A stretch of DNA of 64,000 bases from Octopus bimaculoides (lineage: Eukaryota), in contig NC_068983.1 of assembly GCF_001194135.2 (NCBI RefSeq), forward strand, positions 79,452,057-79,516,056. Direction: 5' to 3'. Made by a program: the position numbers and the translations under genes. The notes under the pieces are model-generated. The model searched no databases and was not told where the DNA came from. It worked only from the letters and a program-made list of their open reading frames with translations. Positions 51,421 to 64,000 of the stretch are shown here, in pieces (positions within the stretch are counted from its first letter, which is position 1; every line of letters starts with the position of its first letter).

Positions 51421-52940
51421 GCCAACTTGTATTTCTGCTGAAATTTTGTTGCTCATTGTGCCTTACTTTTTTGTACTATAATAATTTTTCATCTAAACGA
51501 GTGTGGTAATATTTTCAAATGCACACATCGGAGATAGCTTGATAAACTCTTTATTATTATAATATATATATATAAGCGAAGCTAAATGCCATTTGAATGG
51601 CCTGCCTCACATATAGGAATAACATTAGATTTCGTTTCAAATGTTATTTGGAAATGTTAATTTCTTTTCTTTCTGTCTCCTTTAGGCAGATCACCTCACC
51701 CATGGAAGTTTTATATTTTTGAATTTGGTTAGTTTTAATATCTTTTCTCTTTTTTTTTTATATTATTTTTCATCTAATAAAGGTAACTTTTACTACACTT
51801 TCCTTTAGCACATTAGACAGCTGTTTCGGAGTAAATCATTTTTTTTCCTCTCCTTGCATATCACCTAGGAAAATAAAACAATAGAAAGGTCAAAAGGCAT
51901 AATTCAGCACCTAGAAGGCTTGCATAATAGAATTATTTGCTTTACTTTAGTTCCCTACTTGTTTCCAGGTTTGAACCTTATAAAACATTGCAAATGTAGA
52001 GATGAGTTTTCAGTTCAATCAAGCAAGCAGAACCTCAAGGGATTAACAAAGAAGTAAACACTCTAGAAATGGAAACATTTTGCTGTTATTATTTCAAATA
52101 ATTACTTTTTTAAGGTAAAAGGTAGTATGATGATATTAAATTTGGCCTTAGTCATACTTAAAAAAAAAAAAAACTCTGATTGTAGTTTTAAGGAAACAAA
52201 GATTATGTTTTGTATAATGTTGTATAAGAATTTTGAGAAAAGACTTGTTCATTTGAATAAATGATTTGTTGATGTACAAAAATAAAAATGCTCTTAACTG
52301 TTAGTAGTGGTAAAAAATATACACTCACACAAAAAACAAACAAAGTAAATAATTTTCTATATATGTTGAGGTAGTTGCTATGATGCAACAGTAAAGGGTC
52401 TGTCAGAGGTGTGTGAGATGAAAGTTATATATTTTTCCTTTATGCAGACAAATGTAAATATAGGTGGCAGTAAAAGGAACTGTAAGAATCTTGATAGCAT
52501 TAATGAAAATGACAAATACTGGATAAAAAATGTGAATCTAGAAAACAAATGAAAATTAGAGAAATAGAATGTCTGAACATAAGACAATGGTGATATTAAT
52601 AACTAGCTTGATGTTATTGTCGAGCTTCAGTTCAGCTTTGATCAAGCAAACCTGTTAGGAAATGTATTCTAGCCATAACCTCCCAGTTGTTTCATATACC
52701 AAAGACTGTATTATTAACTACTGTGTCCTTCATTATTTGGTGGATAGGGAAAAAGAAAGGTGTGATATATGGAAGCTTTGCTTGTTATTTCTAGCAGATT
52801 GTGCAACCATGTACAGCTACTGTTGGTTCAATTTGTAGATTATGTCTTGAGTAGTTACTAGCTGATAACATACTGCAATTGATTTAATGTTTGTGACAAT
52901 ATATTAAATACCAGCTGCATGGTCATTTCACTTTAGAATA

Positions 52941-52996
52941 CAGAAATATTTATTTATAATGCAGAAATATCTATTTATAATGCAGAAATATTTATT
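52941..52996. repeat. 21-bp tandem repeat, about 2.6 copies
   Basis: cagaaatatttatttataatg repeated. Confidence 0.9.
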
Positions 52997-54175
52997 GGAG
53001 TATGAGAGAAAAATAATAGTCTTTATTTGAAATATTACAATGTTTTGACTTTACTCCAACTCATTTTTTTCCTTCCTTCTGTTATTTTTCAAATGAGCAA
53101 TTTTGTTGGTACTTAGGTAATTATGATTTAATTTTCTCTGCAGGAAAAGAAAAATAGATTTTAAAAAATTGACATCTGTAAAAGATCAACATTTAAAAAG
53201 AAAGATTTTTCAAGGTTTTTCTTTCTCTTTCGCTTCATATGTGTATTGTTGTATAGCCTCAAAAATTAAATTAGTTGCCAAATAAAAGCAAGGAAAATAT
53301 AATATTTTTTTCACTGTATATAAATATTACTTCCGTGAACTATACAAAAATCTTAAGATTAAAATATTTCAATAAAGAAAAAGAACGCTCAGACACATGC
53401 ACACTAAAATGGTCTAAACAAAAATTAAAACAACTTACTTTATGTTTAACAAACTATAATGGTTTCATGATGAGATTAGTTATTTAAGAATAAGAAAAAT
53501 ATTTGTTGTTGCTGTTTTTTTTTCTTTGTTTCCTTAAAAAATAAAGATATGTGTGGAATTTAGCATTTTTTTAGCTTGATTTCTTGCTTTTCCTTTCCTC
53601 CTAGACAGAAATAATTACTAATGCATATTAATCAGCTGGCAAAGTACACTATGGTGGTATCATTCATCAGAGTAGAGTCTGATATTGCAGTAAAGGTATA
53701 ATTAAGAAACCAAAAGTAATACAGAAAATAATGAAGCAAAAGTTGTTTTTTTTAATTTATAATCCTAAAAGTATGCAAACACTACAAGTCTCCCTTAGTG
53801 TACTTGACCAAAATTTATCTCTCCATTTCTTGTTATCAAGCTAGTATTGGTAAGATTATGCTTAAATGAGGCTTGTCAGAGTTGTTACCATACTTAACAA
53901 ACATCAATTTCCCTCCCTACTACATACTCCCATTCAATTTTTAATGAATTGCAATTTTGGAGTTATCTTCCTTGCATATTTTTTGACCCACTAATGAGTT
54001 TACCTGTTCACTACAGATGTACTGTTGATTAAACTTTTTGGTAGCCCTGTGCTTTTAAATGGTTCAATACATGCATGTATGTTAGACTCTCCTGTTCTAT
54101 ATTTAAGAGATGAGGAATTATGTACATTATTTACATTGTTTACACTTGACGGATATTTGTCCTCATCTTGTTTGT

Positions 54176-54220
54176 TGCTAACACAACGTTTCAGCTGATA
54201 TACTCTCCAGTCTTCTTCAG
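54176..54220 (-). ncRNA. Hammerhead motif, left arm (core intact, helix I 5' strand lost)
   Basis: Minus strand CTGAAGA A GACTG-GAGAGTATAT-CAGCT GAAAC GTT GTGTT. The upstream gacac is replaced by a local tandem duplication of the helix II sequence. Confidence 0.7.
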
Positions 54221-54298
54221 TCTTCGATATACCTCCAGTCTTCGATATACCCTCCAGTCTTTGAACCTGGGTTCTCATTCCTAAGGTATTTTTCGATG

Positions 54299-54330
<32 letters not shown>

Positions 54331-54370
54331 GTTGATGTTGTTGCTGTTGTTATTGTTCAGGTCACTGCTT

Positions 54371-54425
54371 GGAATCGAACTCGGAATCTTGGGATTAGTA
54401 GCCCATGATCTTAACCACTACACCA
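54371..54425 (-). promoter_or_regulatory. Pol III type 2 internal promoter (A and B boxes) in the left arm
   Basis: Minus strand TGGTGTAGTGG (54425-54415) and GAGTTCGATTCC (54382-54371). The right-arm B box is mutated (gagttcagttcc). Confidence 0.75.
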
Positions 54426-54582
54426 TATGCCCATGGGCATATGGGTGTAGTGGTTAAGATCACGGACTACTAACCCCAAGATTCCGAGTTCAGTTCCAAG
54501 CAGTGACCTTAACAATAATAATAATAATAATAACATCGAAAAATACCTTAGGAATGAGAACCCAGGTTCAAAATTTCCCCAA

Positions 54583-54628
54583 GACACCTGAAAAAGGCTG
54601 GAGGGTATATCAGCCGAAACGTTGTGTT
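54583..54628 (+). ncRNA. Hammerhead motif, right arm (helices intact, G8>A core change)
   Basis: GACAC CTGAAAA A GGCTG-GAGGGTATAT-CAGCC GAAAC GTT GTGTT: helix I GACAC/GTGTT, helix II GGCTG/CAGCC, palindromic AACGTT helix III. Confidence 0.75.
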
Positions 54629-54739
54629 AACAACAAACAAGATGAGGACAAATATCTGTTGAATGTAAATAATGCACTCTCCTGTCATAAATGACAGTTG
54701 AAGATTCAGCAACTTCTTGCTGAATTATGTACTCAGGGG

Positions 54740-54965
54740 ATTTGTTTAAAGTGATCAAATGTTTATACTGCACACAAGCTCACTCACGCCATCAAATCAA
54801 CATTCCTTGTTCAGGTACATAGTGTGTCAGACATCAGCTGTTGAAGTTGTTGCAGAATAACATGAAATGAAGCACTTTGCTCAAGAACACAATGCACTGC
54901 CCGCTCTGGGAATCAAAGCCATGATCTCATAATTGTGAATGCAATACACTAACCACAATGAGGCT
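54740..54965 (-). mobile_element. tRNA-derived SINE fragment (family D-like)
   Basis: Reverse complement contains gtgttcttgagcaaagtgcttcatttcatg and a tRNA-like head. Confidence 0.65.
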
Positions 54966-56692
54966 TTGCATCTACACATCCACTTAAACATAATGAAAAT
55001 TAAACTTAATTAAAATAGTAAAATTGTGATCTGTTTTTTAATGTCTATTCTTATCAACATTGTAGAAACACATTTCACTCAAGTTAAGTGGAGCATGCTC
55101 ACTTCATTTCTTTGTATATGAAGTGAATAGTGATTGTAGGGATGAATAGGGACAATACAGAGTACACAGAACTTCTTAGTTTTGCTGGGGAGAAAGAAAC
55201 CATTGGTGCCATGTTAAGATGCAGCCAACACACCCTGTAAAGTGGTTCGTGAATGCTCAGAGCCAGTTGGACAGAGATGACTCTTTCATCTTACCAAGGA
55301 CAATATAACTTCTAGAATTTCTGTCAGAATGAAACGCACTCAAAACACACTTCAAAGTGATTTTGGTATTAAGGAGGGCATCTAGCCCAAGAAACAATGC
55401 TAAAAAATGGAACAAACGAGTTGTATGTGGTCCTAAATCCAACTATGATGACAGTTGCTCTGAATATAAAATGACTTGGATGATGACGATCCTTTGAAAC
55501 CAATCAGGAAAGTGGGTGTTAAGTGATGACAATGTTGCTGCTTCTGCCACCACAACCACCAATGACAACAATATCGTTCAAAATTTCTATGCAATATTTT
55601 TCTTTCTGCACTCCAGTTTCTAGTATCACTGTGGAGTTGATAAAGCATGTGCCATCTTTCTGTCAATCTCTCTCCCCTTTCAGCCATCACATCCAGAAGG
55701 TTCTCTCATGTCAAGGACAAGAGAACTGTGAAGGTTTGGTATCTCCTTGCAACTTCATGGTTACCTAAAACAAGTAGCAACAGCTTGGTACATGCTACTA
55801 AATTATTTTTGATTCTGAGTGAAGGCTGAAGTTTTTAGTGAGTGATTTAAGGAAAATATAGCTGCTATTTCTTGCATGTCAAGTGACCTTGAAGACTAGT
55901 GTTGAATTTGACAGAGTATCAAATTATAGCATACAGTTTAAATATTTTTTTTCTTTTAATACCACAAATAGAAAATAAACCAATATATCTCCTATGCCTG
56001 TTTAATGAATGAAAGGCCAAACCTAGATATGTAGGCAGCACTTTAGCAGTCACTTTTCTCTAGAAATACTTCTAATTTGTTTTGTTGTAATTGTTTAGTT
56101 ATTAATATAACTTTAAAACAATTAAAACTTTCTATATTGTCAGTATTTTCTGACTACTGATTTATTGGTGTCTTGAAATAAATGTCTTAATACCATAATA
56201 ACCACACACAATCATTCTTAGAATTATTCTTAGACTTGAATAGATTCTTCTCTATCCAATTCCTTCTATTTTCCAAATTATATTTTGTGAGCATGTATCC
56301 TTATATTGCTAATTAAATTTCTGTTGAAAATTGTTTAATGAGTTAAAGTATTTCTGGCTGTAGAATATTGAAACTAAGTTTGTGATAATTAAATTTCCAT
56401 TTAGGGGTTTCTTTTGTTTTATCAAAGAATGACTTTTTTAAAGATAATTATTCTAAGATTCTTCAAGAACTGTTAATTCACCTTTGTTTTATTTAGGCAG
56501 TACTAATAATTTGAATTTATTTTTATCTTTTTGCTATCTGCATGTATGTACACATGAAATGGATGGATATATGTCTCTATAATTAAATAATGTTGTGATT
56601 CTTTGGAATGTTTTACTCATCTTCATTTTAACACTAATAACTTACATTTGTTGTATATAAATGAGTCTTTCTTGGGACTTCCACCAAACAGG

Positions 56693-56787
56693 TCTTGGCT
56701 TTCTAAGTTTCTATGTAAGCCTATTTTAACTCGGCCCAGTTCTTGGTCTTCTAGGTTTCTATGTAAGCCTATTTTAACACAGCCCAA
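56693..56787. repeat. About 47-bp tandem duplication
   Basis: tcttggctttctaagtttctatgtaagcctattttaactcggccca versus tcttggtcttctaggtttctatgtaagcctattttaacacagccca. Confidence 0.9.
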
Positions 56788-57868
56788 TACCCTGATGATA
56801 ATGGTGATCGTGGTGATGGTGGTGGCGGGGCTAAATGAGAATTTATAACTAGCATATACATATTCCTAGAGTTCTGCTTCAATTTTGCATAAATGTTTTA
56901 TTTTACAAGTTTAAATACTCATTTACATCTGTCTGGCAACTAGTCAGCTGGCCTCTATAACAATGCATTATGTTTCTTCTTGTCCCAGGGAACAATATCA
57001 GGTCTCTTGTGTTTGCAACAGATCAATGTTTTTATTGGAATGCTTCATTAATATTCCTTATTTCTAAAGGTGTGGGGTACATTGTTTCTATCACACCTTT
57101 GCCTACAAATTTATATCATCTTTTCTTTTCATGCCATATAGGAAGGTGATACTTTGCAGACATGTTTGAACAGACTGCTGATGATGTGGTTTATATTTCC
57201 ACACTGGTATGGCCCAACAAATATTTTCTATCAACATTTTATATATGTATGAATGTGTATTTATATATATATGCATATATGTTGTGCTGTTAAAAATTGT
57301 ATATGCATGAGTTGTGTTGTTGTTGTTTTGTGCTGGCTCAGTCTGTGATCCAGTAAAACTATGGTCAAGAATGTTCCCATTATGATCAATCACATTATGT
57401 TTTCAGACATAGTATCTACGTTTACCATTATCAAATGCAGCTCATTTTTTTAAGATAGTAAGGTTTGCTCTGAGGAAGATTCAGCTACTATATCTAATAG
57501 ATTAAGCAACTATATGTGGAAATTCCTTCATTGTCTTATGTGCACATTTTCTTAGTGTATATATATACTGTTGTTATAATTCTTTGTTTTTGCTGATGCT
57601 CTGCTCCTCAAATTAATGGGTAATAGCTTGAAAGAAATATCAAATTTTATTTTACTTTCATTTTTATAACGAGCAGAGATGTCATTAGGTGGTTTAGAAG
57701 TTAGGTTTCTAACCAAGGATACCAGTTTCAATGTCTAATTGTGGCATCTCAAGTGAGTGACATCTAGCATAGCTTTAGCTTTGAACAATGCTTTCTGGGT
57801 GGAATTTGGTTGACAGAAATATTGTTGAAGTATGTAAATGTCCATTGTACATGCATGTAAATGCGTGC

Positions 57869-57974
<106 letters not shown>

Positions 57975-57984
57975 TACACATATG

Positions 57985-58068
57985 TATGAGGGCGGGCTGA
58001 AAAGTTCCTAACTTTGAGTAAAAGAAAGTACAAGAGGATCAATTACAGTTTTATTCAACATATTTCCC
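57985..58068 (+). mobile_element. Terminal fragment of a second mariner-type element
   Basis: tatgagggcgggctgaaaagttcc...ttttattcaacatatttccc resembles mariner TA-CGAGGG...TGAAAAGTT termini. No partner end was seen. Confidence 0.55.
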
Positions 58069-59867
58069 TTTTTTTTCTTAAAATTTCTAAAGATAGAAGA
58101 ATTTTATTTGCAGGTGATTTGGTTATTATTTTTAGCTGGGTTCTTTACTAGCTTGAAATAGCTTTTATGTTGCATGTTGTAACTGTTAAATGTATCCTCT
58201 AACTGTTATTCAGATATATTTCCTTGTTTCTTCATAATTTCATTATCTCACATTCAAACTTTAAGTCTTCTCTATAAATCAAACTTTTTCAGTTTCTATC
58301 AAACACAATTGCTATTTAATCACTGTACACAATGTTTGTTACTGTGATCATTAGTAATTTTGGCTAGATTTCATATTTCTTAATTGATTTATGAGACCAT
58401 ATAAAGTTGTACTAAAATTTAGATTAGGTTCAATTGATTTTAAAGTTTATTTTCATAATTGCTTGTATATCTATACATTTGTTGCCAATTTTCACTAATA
58501 AAATATGTTGGCTTCAATTATAAGCTTATTATTTTTCTTTGAATATGATCAGGGTTTATTTAAATTTGTTGTTCTTTCCTGTGAGCTATTAGTATATTAG
58601 AGTATAAATACATAATTTCACTTTGTGATCTTATATATGAGTGTATTCTTCTAAATCCTTCTGATTATGCTTTATTTACTAATTAGATCAATCATATTTA
58701 TTTATAGTAAACACAAAGGGAAATTGCCTCCAAATTATAACATAGGTTTCTTAATTTACTTTCTATTTTAGATTCATTGTCAGCAAACAATTCATTAAAA
58801 ATATCTTTTATCAGATTTTCTTGATATTTAGAATTAGATTTTGCAATTAAAACTCGACATTGTTCCAGAATTCTTTCATGTTTTTAAAAAATATTTTCAC
58901 CTTTTATTTTCTTCATTTCTTTATCGGTTATTTCCAGAGAGAATTTTAATTCTTGGGGGTTTGCTGCCATCTAAGGAATATTCTCTATATCTTAGAGTTA
59001 TTCCACTAATAATTCCTTCTTCCTCTCCATATTAACATGTGAAGGCATGTAGCCTAATAATTATGGTTTTGGGTGCATGTTGCATCATGCATTCAATTCC
59101 TGACCTGGTAGTTGTATCCTTGAATAAAGTACACTACTTCATGTTGCTCTAGTCTATTCAGCTCTTCTTCCAGCAGTCACATCCTTGATGTACCCATAGG
59201 TCAAAGGTGAAGAGGTCAAGTATGTGTTTATCTTTGTATGTGACTATGTAAGGCACCTAAAACTATTAGCAGTACAAATTACTAGGTTATTGACTTCTGA
59301 GTGTTGGCTAAACATACATTAACATGTGAGATTATCGTTCATCATATCTGCTACATATTTAAGACTGATTCTTGTTATATCTAGAGGATTCTATGTAACT
59401 CCATGACTTACTTATATTAAAGAAATAAATAAAGCATACACAGTACATTAAACACTTGTGTGCTTTCAGTAATACCTTTTAAGAAATACCTACAGCTGAT
59501 TCCAATACTTTTTCTTCATTCAAGTTTACTTTTTATACATTCCACTAATTTGGTCTATGTTATGTCTCAGATTTTTCAAGACATCCCCCATTATTATTTA
59601 TTTTTCTTTTTGCTCATGTTTACTTGGAAATATAAAACATCTTGATTATTTTTATAAAGAATCCATTATCATTTATTTTGTATGCAAGCAATAAATTAGA
59701 CACAATTAACTGGCATTCAATATGCTAAATCAATCAATATTTCTTATTAAATAATTTTCCATTGTATAGTCATTGTTCTTGTGAAGACTCTCAGGTGTTT
59801 TTGATCTTTTCTTTATTTAAATTCTTATTATTCAGATCCAGAAAAATTATAATCCTTCTCTCTTCTA

Positions 59868-59901
<34 letters not shown>

Positions 59902-59944
59902 TTCCCTCCTCTGTGTCAGGAAGCATAAGCACTTACACACACAC

Positions 59945-60100
59945 ATGTACACACATGACGAAAACTTCTGCCTACCAAATTCAATCACAAGGCTTCAGTC
60001 TGCCCGGGACTATAGCAGAAGACACTTGCCAAAGGTGCCACGCAGTGCATCTGGACTTGGAACCTTGTGGCTGGAGAGCAAGCTTCCTAACCACACAACC
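59945..60100 (-). mobile_element. SINE family B head
   Basis: Reverse complement catggttgtgtggttaggaagcttgc...ccactgcgtggcacctttggcaagtgtcttctgctatag. Confidence 0.8.
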
Positions 60101-60790
60101 ATGGGATGAGGTGATGAAGAATGACCTTCAAACGTTGGGCCTCACAGAGACAATGGCAAGAGACCGAGGCCTCTGGAGATATGCTGTGATTGAGAAGACC
60201 CGGCAAGTAAAGTGAGATCACAGCCATAGCCTATGCCAGTGTCGCATAACCAGCCCATTTAAAAAGTACCTTTGAATTGTTGGGCGACACACCATGCTCA
60301 GGGAGACCTATTGAGTCAAGTAAAATCAAAGATCAAAATCAAATCACAATCAGAAATGGAATTTGTAGTTGTGGCCAATGCCAGTGTTTCCTGACTGGCT
60401 CTTATGCTGGTGGCATGCAGTGAGCACCATTCATGTGCGGGCTGTTGCCAATGCCACCTGAGTGGCTCCCCGTGCTGGTGGCATATAGAAAGCACCATCC
60501 AAACATAGGCGATGCCAGCCCCACCACCCCGACTGGCTGCTGTGCCACTAGTGCATAAAAAGCACCATCCAAATGTGGCCTATGCCAGTGATGCCTGACT
60601 GGCTTCCATGCTGGTGGCATGTAAAAAGCACCTACTACACTCTTGGAGTGGTTGGCATTAGGAAGGGCATCCAGCTGTAGAAACATAGCCAAATCAGACT
60701 GGAGCCTTGTGCAGCCTTCTGGCTTGCCAGTCCCCAGTCAAACTGCACAGCCTATTCCAGCATGGGAAACAGACGTTAAAGGATGATGAT
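60101..60790 (+). mobile_element. 5'-truncated RTE-type LINE: ORF C-terminus + repeat-rich 3' UTR
   Basis: WDEVMKNDLQTLGLTETMARDRGLWRYAVIEKTRQVK*, four about 62-nt internal repeats (60374-60632) and a (GAT)n tail. Confidence 0.85.
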
Positions 60791-61097
60791 GATATATACC
60801 CCAAGAGGAAACTTATTAATGCAATCTGTACCTGACATGTATTGCGAGCATGGAAGCGAACCCGTACCATCTTATATATATATATATATATTTATATTGT
60901 CCCACCCATACCAGCATGGAAAGCGGACGTTAAATGATGATGAAGGTACACACTCTCACATACACACACAGACATCTTGGAAGTAAAAAGATGCTCCTCA
61001 TTATACTCTTTTTTTGTGTAGATACTACTCATTAACATGTTGCTCAAACAGGTTAAACCATTAAAAATCACACTAAGTAGTTGTACTAATGGTATAT

Positions 61098-61420
61098 GAA
61101 GGTGCATGGCTCAGTGGCTAGAGGGTTGGGGTTACAATCATGAGTTAGTGCACCAGGTGTATGCTGTGTTCTTGAGCAAGACACTTTATTTCACATTGCT
61201 TCAGTTAACTCAGCTGTAGAAATGAGTTACAACGTAACAGGTGCCAAACTGTATCAACCTTTGCCTTTTCCTTGGATAACATTGGTGGCATTGAGAGGGG
61301 AGGCTGGTATGTATGGGTGCCTGCTGTTCTTCTATAAGTAACATTGCCCAGACTTGTGCCTTGAGGGTAACTTTCTAGGTGCAATCCCATGGTCATTGAT
61401 GACCAAAAAGGATTTTTACC
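61098..61420 (+). mobile_element. tRNA-derived SINE, family A
   Basis: gaaggtgcatggctcagtggctagagg head; colinear with 873-1221. Confidence 0.9.
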
Positions 61421-61709
61421 TACTAGTAGTATGGGGGCATGTGCATCACTTCATCCTCTATTTGTTATTGATTCCCTGCGACTCTTGTTGGATGATGCCT
61501 CTCCACCACTCTGACGACAATACCTCCAACCCATGGATCTGTTTGGACAGTAATTACTGGTGAGCATTTTATGAGGTCAGAGTGCAAATCCTATCTCAAC
61601 CTCTTTTAGTCACCTTTTATGACATGCAAAGGAAACACTGGGGCTCTTCTTTGACTTGCCAGCTGCTACACAGCTCAACACAAAGCAAGTCTAATAAATA
61701 CTAAATTAT

Positions 61710-61926
61710 TTAATTCTTCAGCATTTAAACTAGCCATATTCAGCTCTAATATTCTACCTTTTTTATGTTCAAAGTGGCCATATCCAGCCTCTCATACATA
61801 CCCTACAATGTCATTCTGAAAGTAAACAATCATAGTATTGAAATCTCAAAGCAACAAGATAATTCAAAGTAATGTCAATCAATAAGCAACACAATGGGCA
61901 AATAAACCTGAATACTAAAGGGTTAA
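61710..61926. mobile_element. piggyBac-like MITE (family 1)
   Basis: ttaattcttcagcatt ... aatactaaagggttaa ends; inverted copy of 8116-8344. Confidence 0.7.
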
Positions 61927-62024
61927 ATGTATCAAATATTATTTTGTTTTTAGAAATACATCTTCTAAAAGTTATGGTGTCTGTGTATAGTCTCACATGC
62001 ATGCATGCAGGCATGTATGCATAT

Positions 62025-62064
<40 letters not shown>

Positions 62065-63073
62065 GATGCAACTGCTAAATTAGGCTTGTGATTCATTATG
62101 TATTTGTGACACCAAGTTCATTATTCTACATCATAAGATAAATAAGTATACATCTTTAGTTCATGAACCAATAGAAATTTGATCAGCTACTGACTGATAT
62201 AGTAACTATTTCATACAAAATAGATCTAAAACTTAGTGATTTGGTTATGTACTTTTGGCAGGATTTAGATAAGTAGCTCCTGTCACATTTTCATCCATTG
62301 AGTTATTTGCACATAACCTTATTTGATCAGCAGATGAACACCTAAACTGATTCACCAATGCCATATGGATAATATCCAACTGATAAAGAAATTCCTAGCA
62401 CTTTGCCAACAAATCTTTTATTATTGCCTCTTAAATCCAAGGAATTTGCTACTTCACAACTGTTGTACTGTTTTTCTTAACTATGTTGCAATATACCCAG
62501 TAAGTGCATGCTTTTACATATTAGAACAAAATTTTATATTTAAATCTGATACCATATTCTCTATTCAGGTTTTCTAAATGCAGTAACTAAGTATAAGCTA
62601 AGTTAGAGTAATAAATGTTTTGAAATAAGTGAGTTAATTTGAGTGTTAGGGTGTTGAATATTTGCACTCCATTAGGGCTTACATTGATACATTGATTCAA
62701 CTTTAAATGGCAGGTTTCACTTTGTTCAATATCTATTAAAAAATAAGGTTATTAAATTTCCTTTAACATTGTAGATCTAAGTTATATTCATTTCTTTGAA
62801 TGCAGCTAAACTTACTATAGAATAAATAAAATATATATCAATATACCATTTCTTTATCTATGATGCCATTATGTAAGAGACAGAAACAGGATCACATTAA
62901 ACTGAGTTCTTCTCAACTGTTAAAGTAGTATTTGTTCTCCAACTTTATTCTTTTTCTTTTTTTTTTTTTCATATTTCTTAAAAGTAAATATATAAACAAG
63001 CTGAGATGAATTTTTCCAAATTACATCAAACTTTGGAAACAGCTATCATTTTTGTTGCTTTGTATTGTAAGAT

Positions 63074-63126
<53 letters not shown>

Positions 63127-63134
63127 TACCATAT

Positions 63135-63275
63135 GACAGTAGTGGTTTTGGCAGAATTGCAAGAATATTAGGAAAAAAAAATGCCTTGCGGTATTCATTC
63201 CAGTATTTTGTTCTGTGTGTAGATCCTGCTGAGGTCAACTTTGCCTGTCATCCTTCCAACATCAATGATATAAAG
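63135..63275 (+). mobile_element. SINE family C, truncated by a gap
   Basis: gatcctgctgaggtcaactttgcctgtcatccttccaacatcaatgatataaag. Confidence 0.65.
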
Positions 63276-63396
63276 NNNNNNNNNNNNNNNNNNNNNNNNN
63301 NNNNNNNNNNNNNNNNNNNNNNNNNNNNNNNNNNNNNNNNNNNNNNNNNNNNNNNNNNNNNNNNNNNNNNNNNNNNNNNNNNNNNNNNNNNNNNNN
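63276..63396. other. Assembly gap (N run)
   Basis: N bases. Confidence 1.
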
Positions 63397-63430
<34 letters not shown>

Positions 63431-64000
63431 TTTCATAACGTTATCATTTTTTTATCATAGTAATTAAAATATGAAATAATTAAAATATCTGATAAATTAT
63501 AACATGATTTCATTTACTTTTTTCTTAAAACTATATTATTCAGTACTAAAGGCAATTCTTATTCTCCCAAATGTTTCACTATATACATTTAGCAATATGG
63601 ACAAATTTTATACCTCAGAGGTTTTATATTAAGTGACAGAATATTTGGCGCTACAAGGTGAGTTAATTGAAAAGGATTTAAATAAGTTTTTTTTTTCTTT
63701 AATAATATCACAGGCTTAAAAGCCAGATGCAGCTAATCTATTTGGAAACACTATTTATTCTATAAATTTTTATATCATTAAATATGGATAAATTGGTCGC
63801 ATTATCCTTTTTATCGCAGAGTAAACATGGATATTGATTACAAGAGAAATAGTGTCATAAATACAAATCCATATTTATTAAATTTTACTTTTAAATGAAT
63901 ATTGAGTTATCTCTTATTTTATTATGATTATTAGTTTTAAGTATTATAAAATTGAATTAAAGGTTAAATTTTTATTCATATTTTTATTCTAAACCCTCTT

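Larger units (their letters stand above)
54124..54674. mobile_element. Head-to-head palindrome of a tRNA-head + (AAT)n + hammerhead SINE-like unit
   Basis: Perfect centre ccatatgccca|tgggcatatgg at 54433/54434. Each arm reads outward: tRNA-like head, (AAT)n, catcgaaaaataccttaggaatgagaacccaggttcaa, HHR, aacaaacaagatgaggacaaatatc. Confidence 0.9.

Noticed and set aside
54357-54510. Two tRNA-like sequences back to back
   Set aside because: They are not called as tRNA genes: there is no 7-bp acceptor stem and they continue into repeat body, so they are SINE heads.

Overview
This is 64 kb of AT-rich eukaryotic DNA with four N gaps. The SINE families, microsatellite density and LINE types look like an octopod (Octopus-like) genome; this is inference from recognised repeat families, not from a search. 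I cannot support an intact protein-coding gene, only a few isolated + strand exon candidates, the best at 19208-19336. The window is mostly decayed transposons: tRNA-derived SINEs of about four families, RTE-type LINE fragments and 3' tails, three R4/Dong-like restriction-endonuclease LINE remnants, CR1/L2 scraps, a full-length degenerate mariner, a DUF4817-type Tc1/mariner, piggyBac-like MITEs and a MER1/Charlie-like hAT end. The most interesting signal is a set of unrelated short elements carrying minimal type I hammerhead-ribozyme (HHR) folds. One is a head-to-head palindrome of a tRNA-promoter plus HHR SINE-like unit (54124-54674). Another is a young palindromic HHR element (47360-47537). 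A third is a 344-nt retrozyme-like partial tandem whose repeat boundary falls at the predicted cleavage site (35905-36435), and a fourth is an older palindrome (307-643). A decayed Penelope-like reverse transcriptase (about 31170-31640), the class of enzyme expected to mobilise such RNAs, lies in the same window. A multi-switch templated insertion with fold-back inversion sits inside an R4 element (20063-20804).
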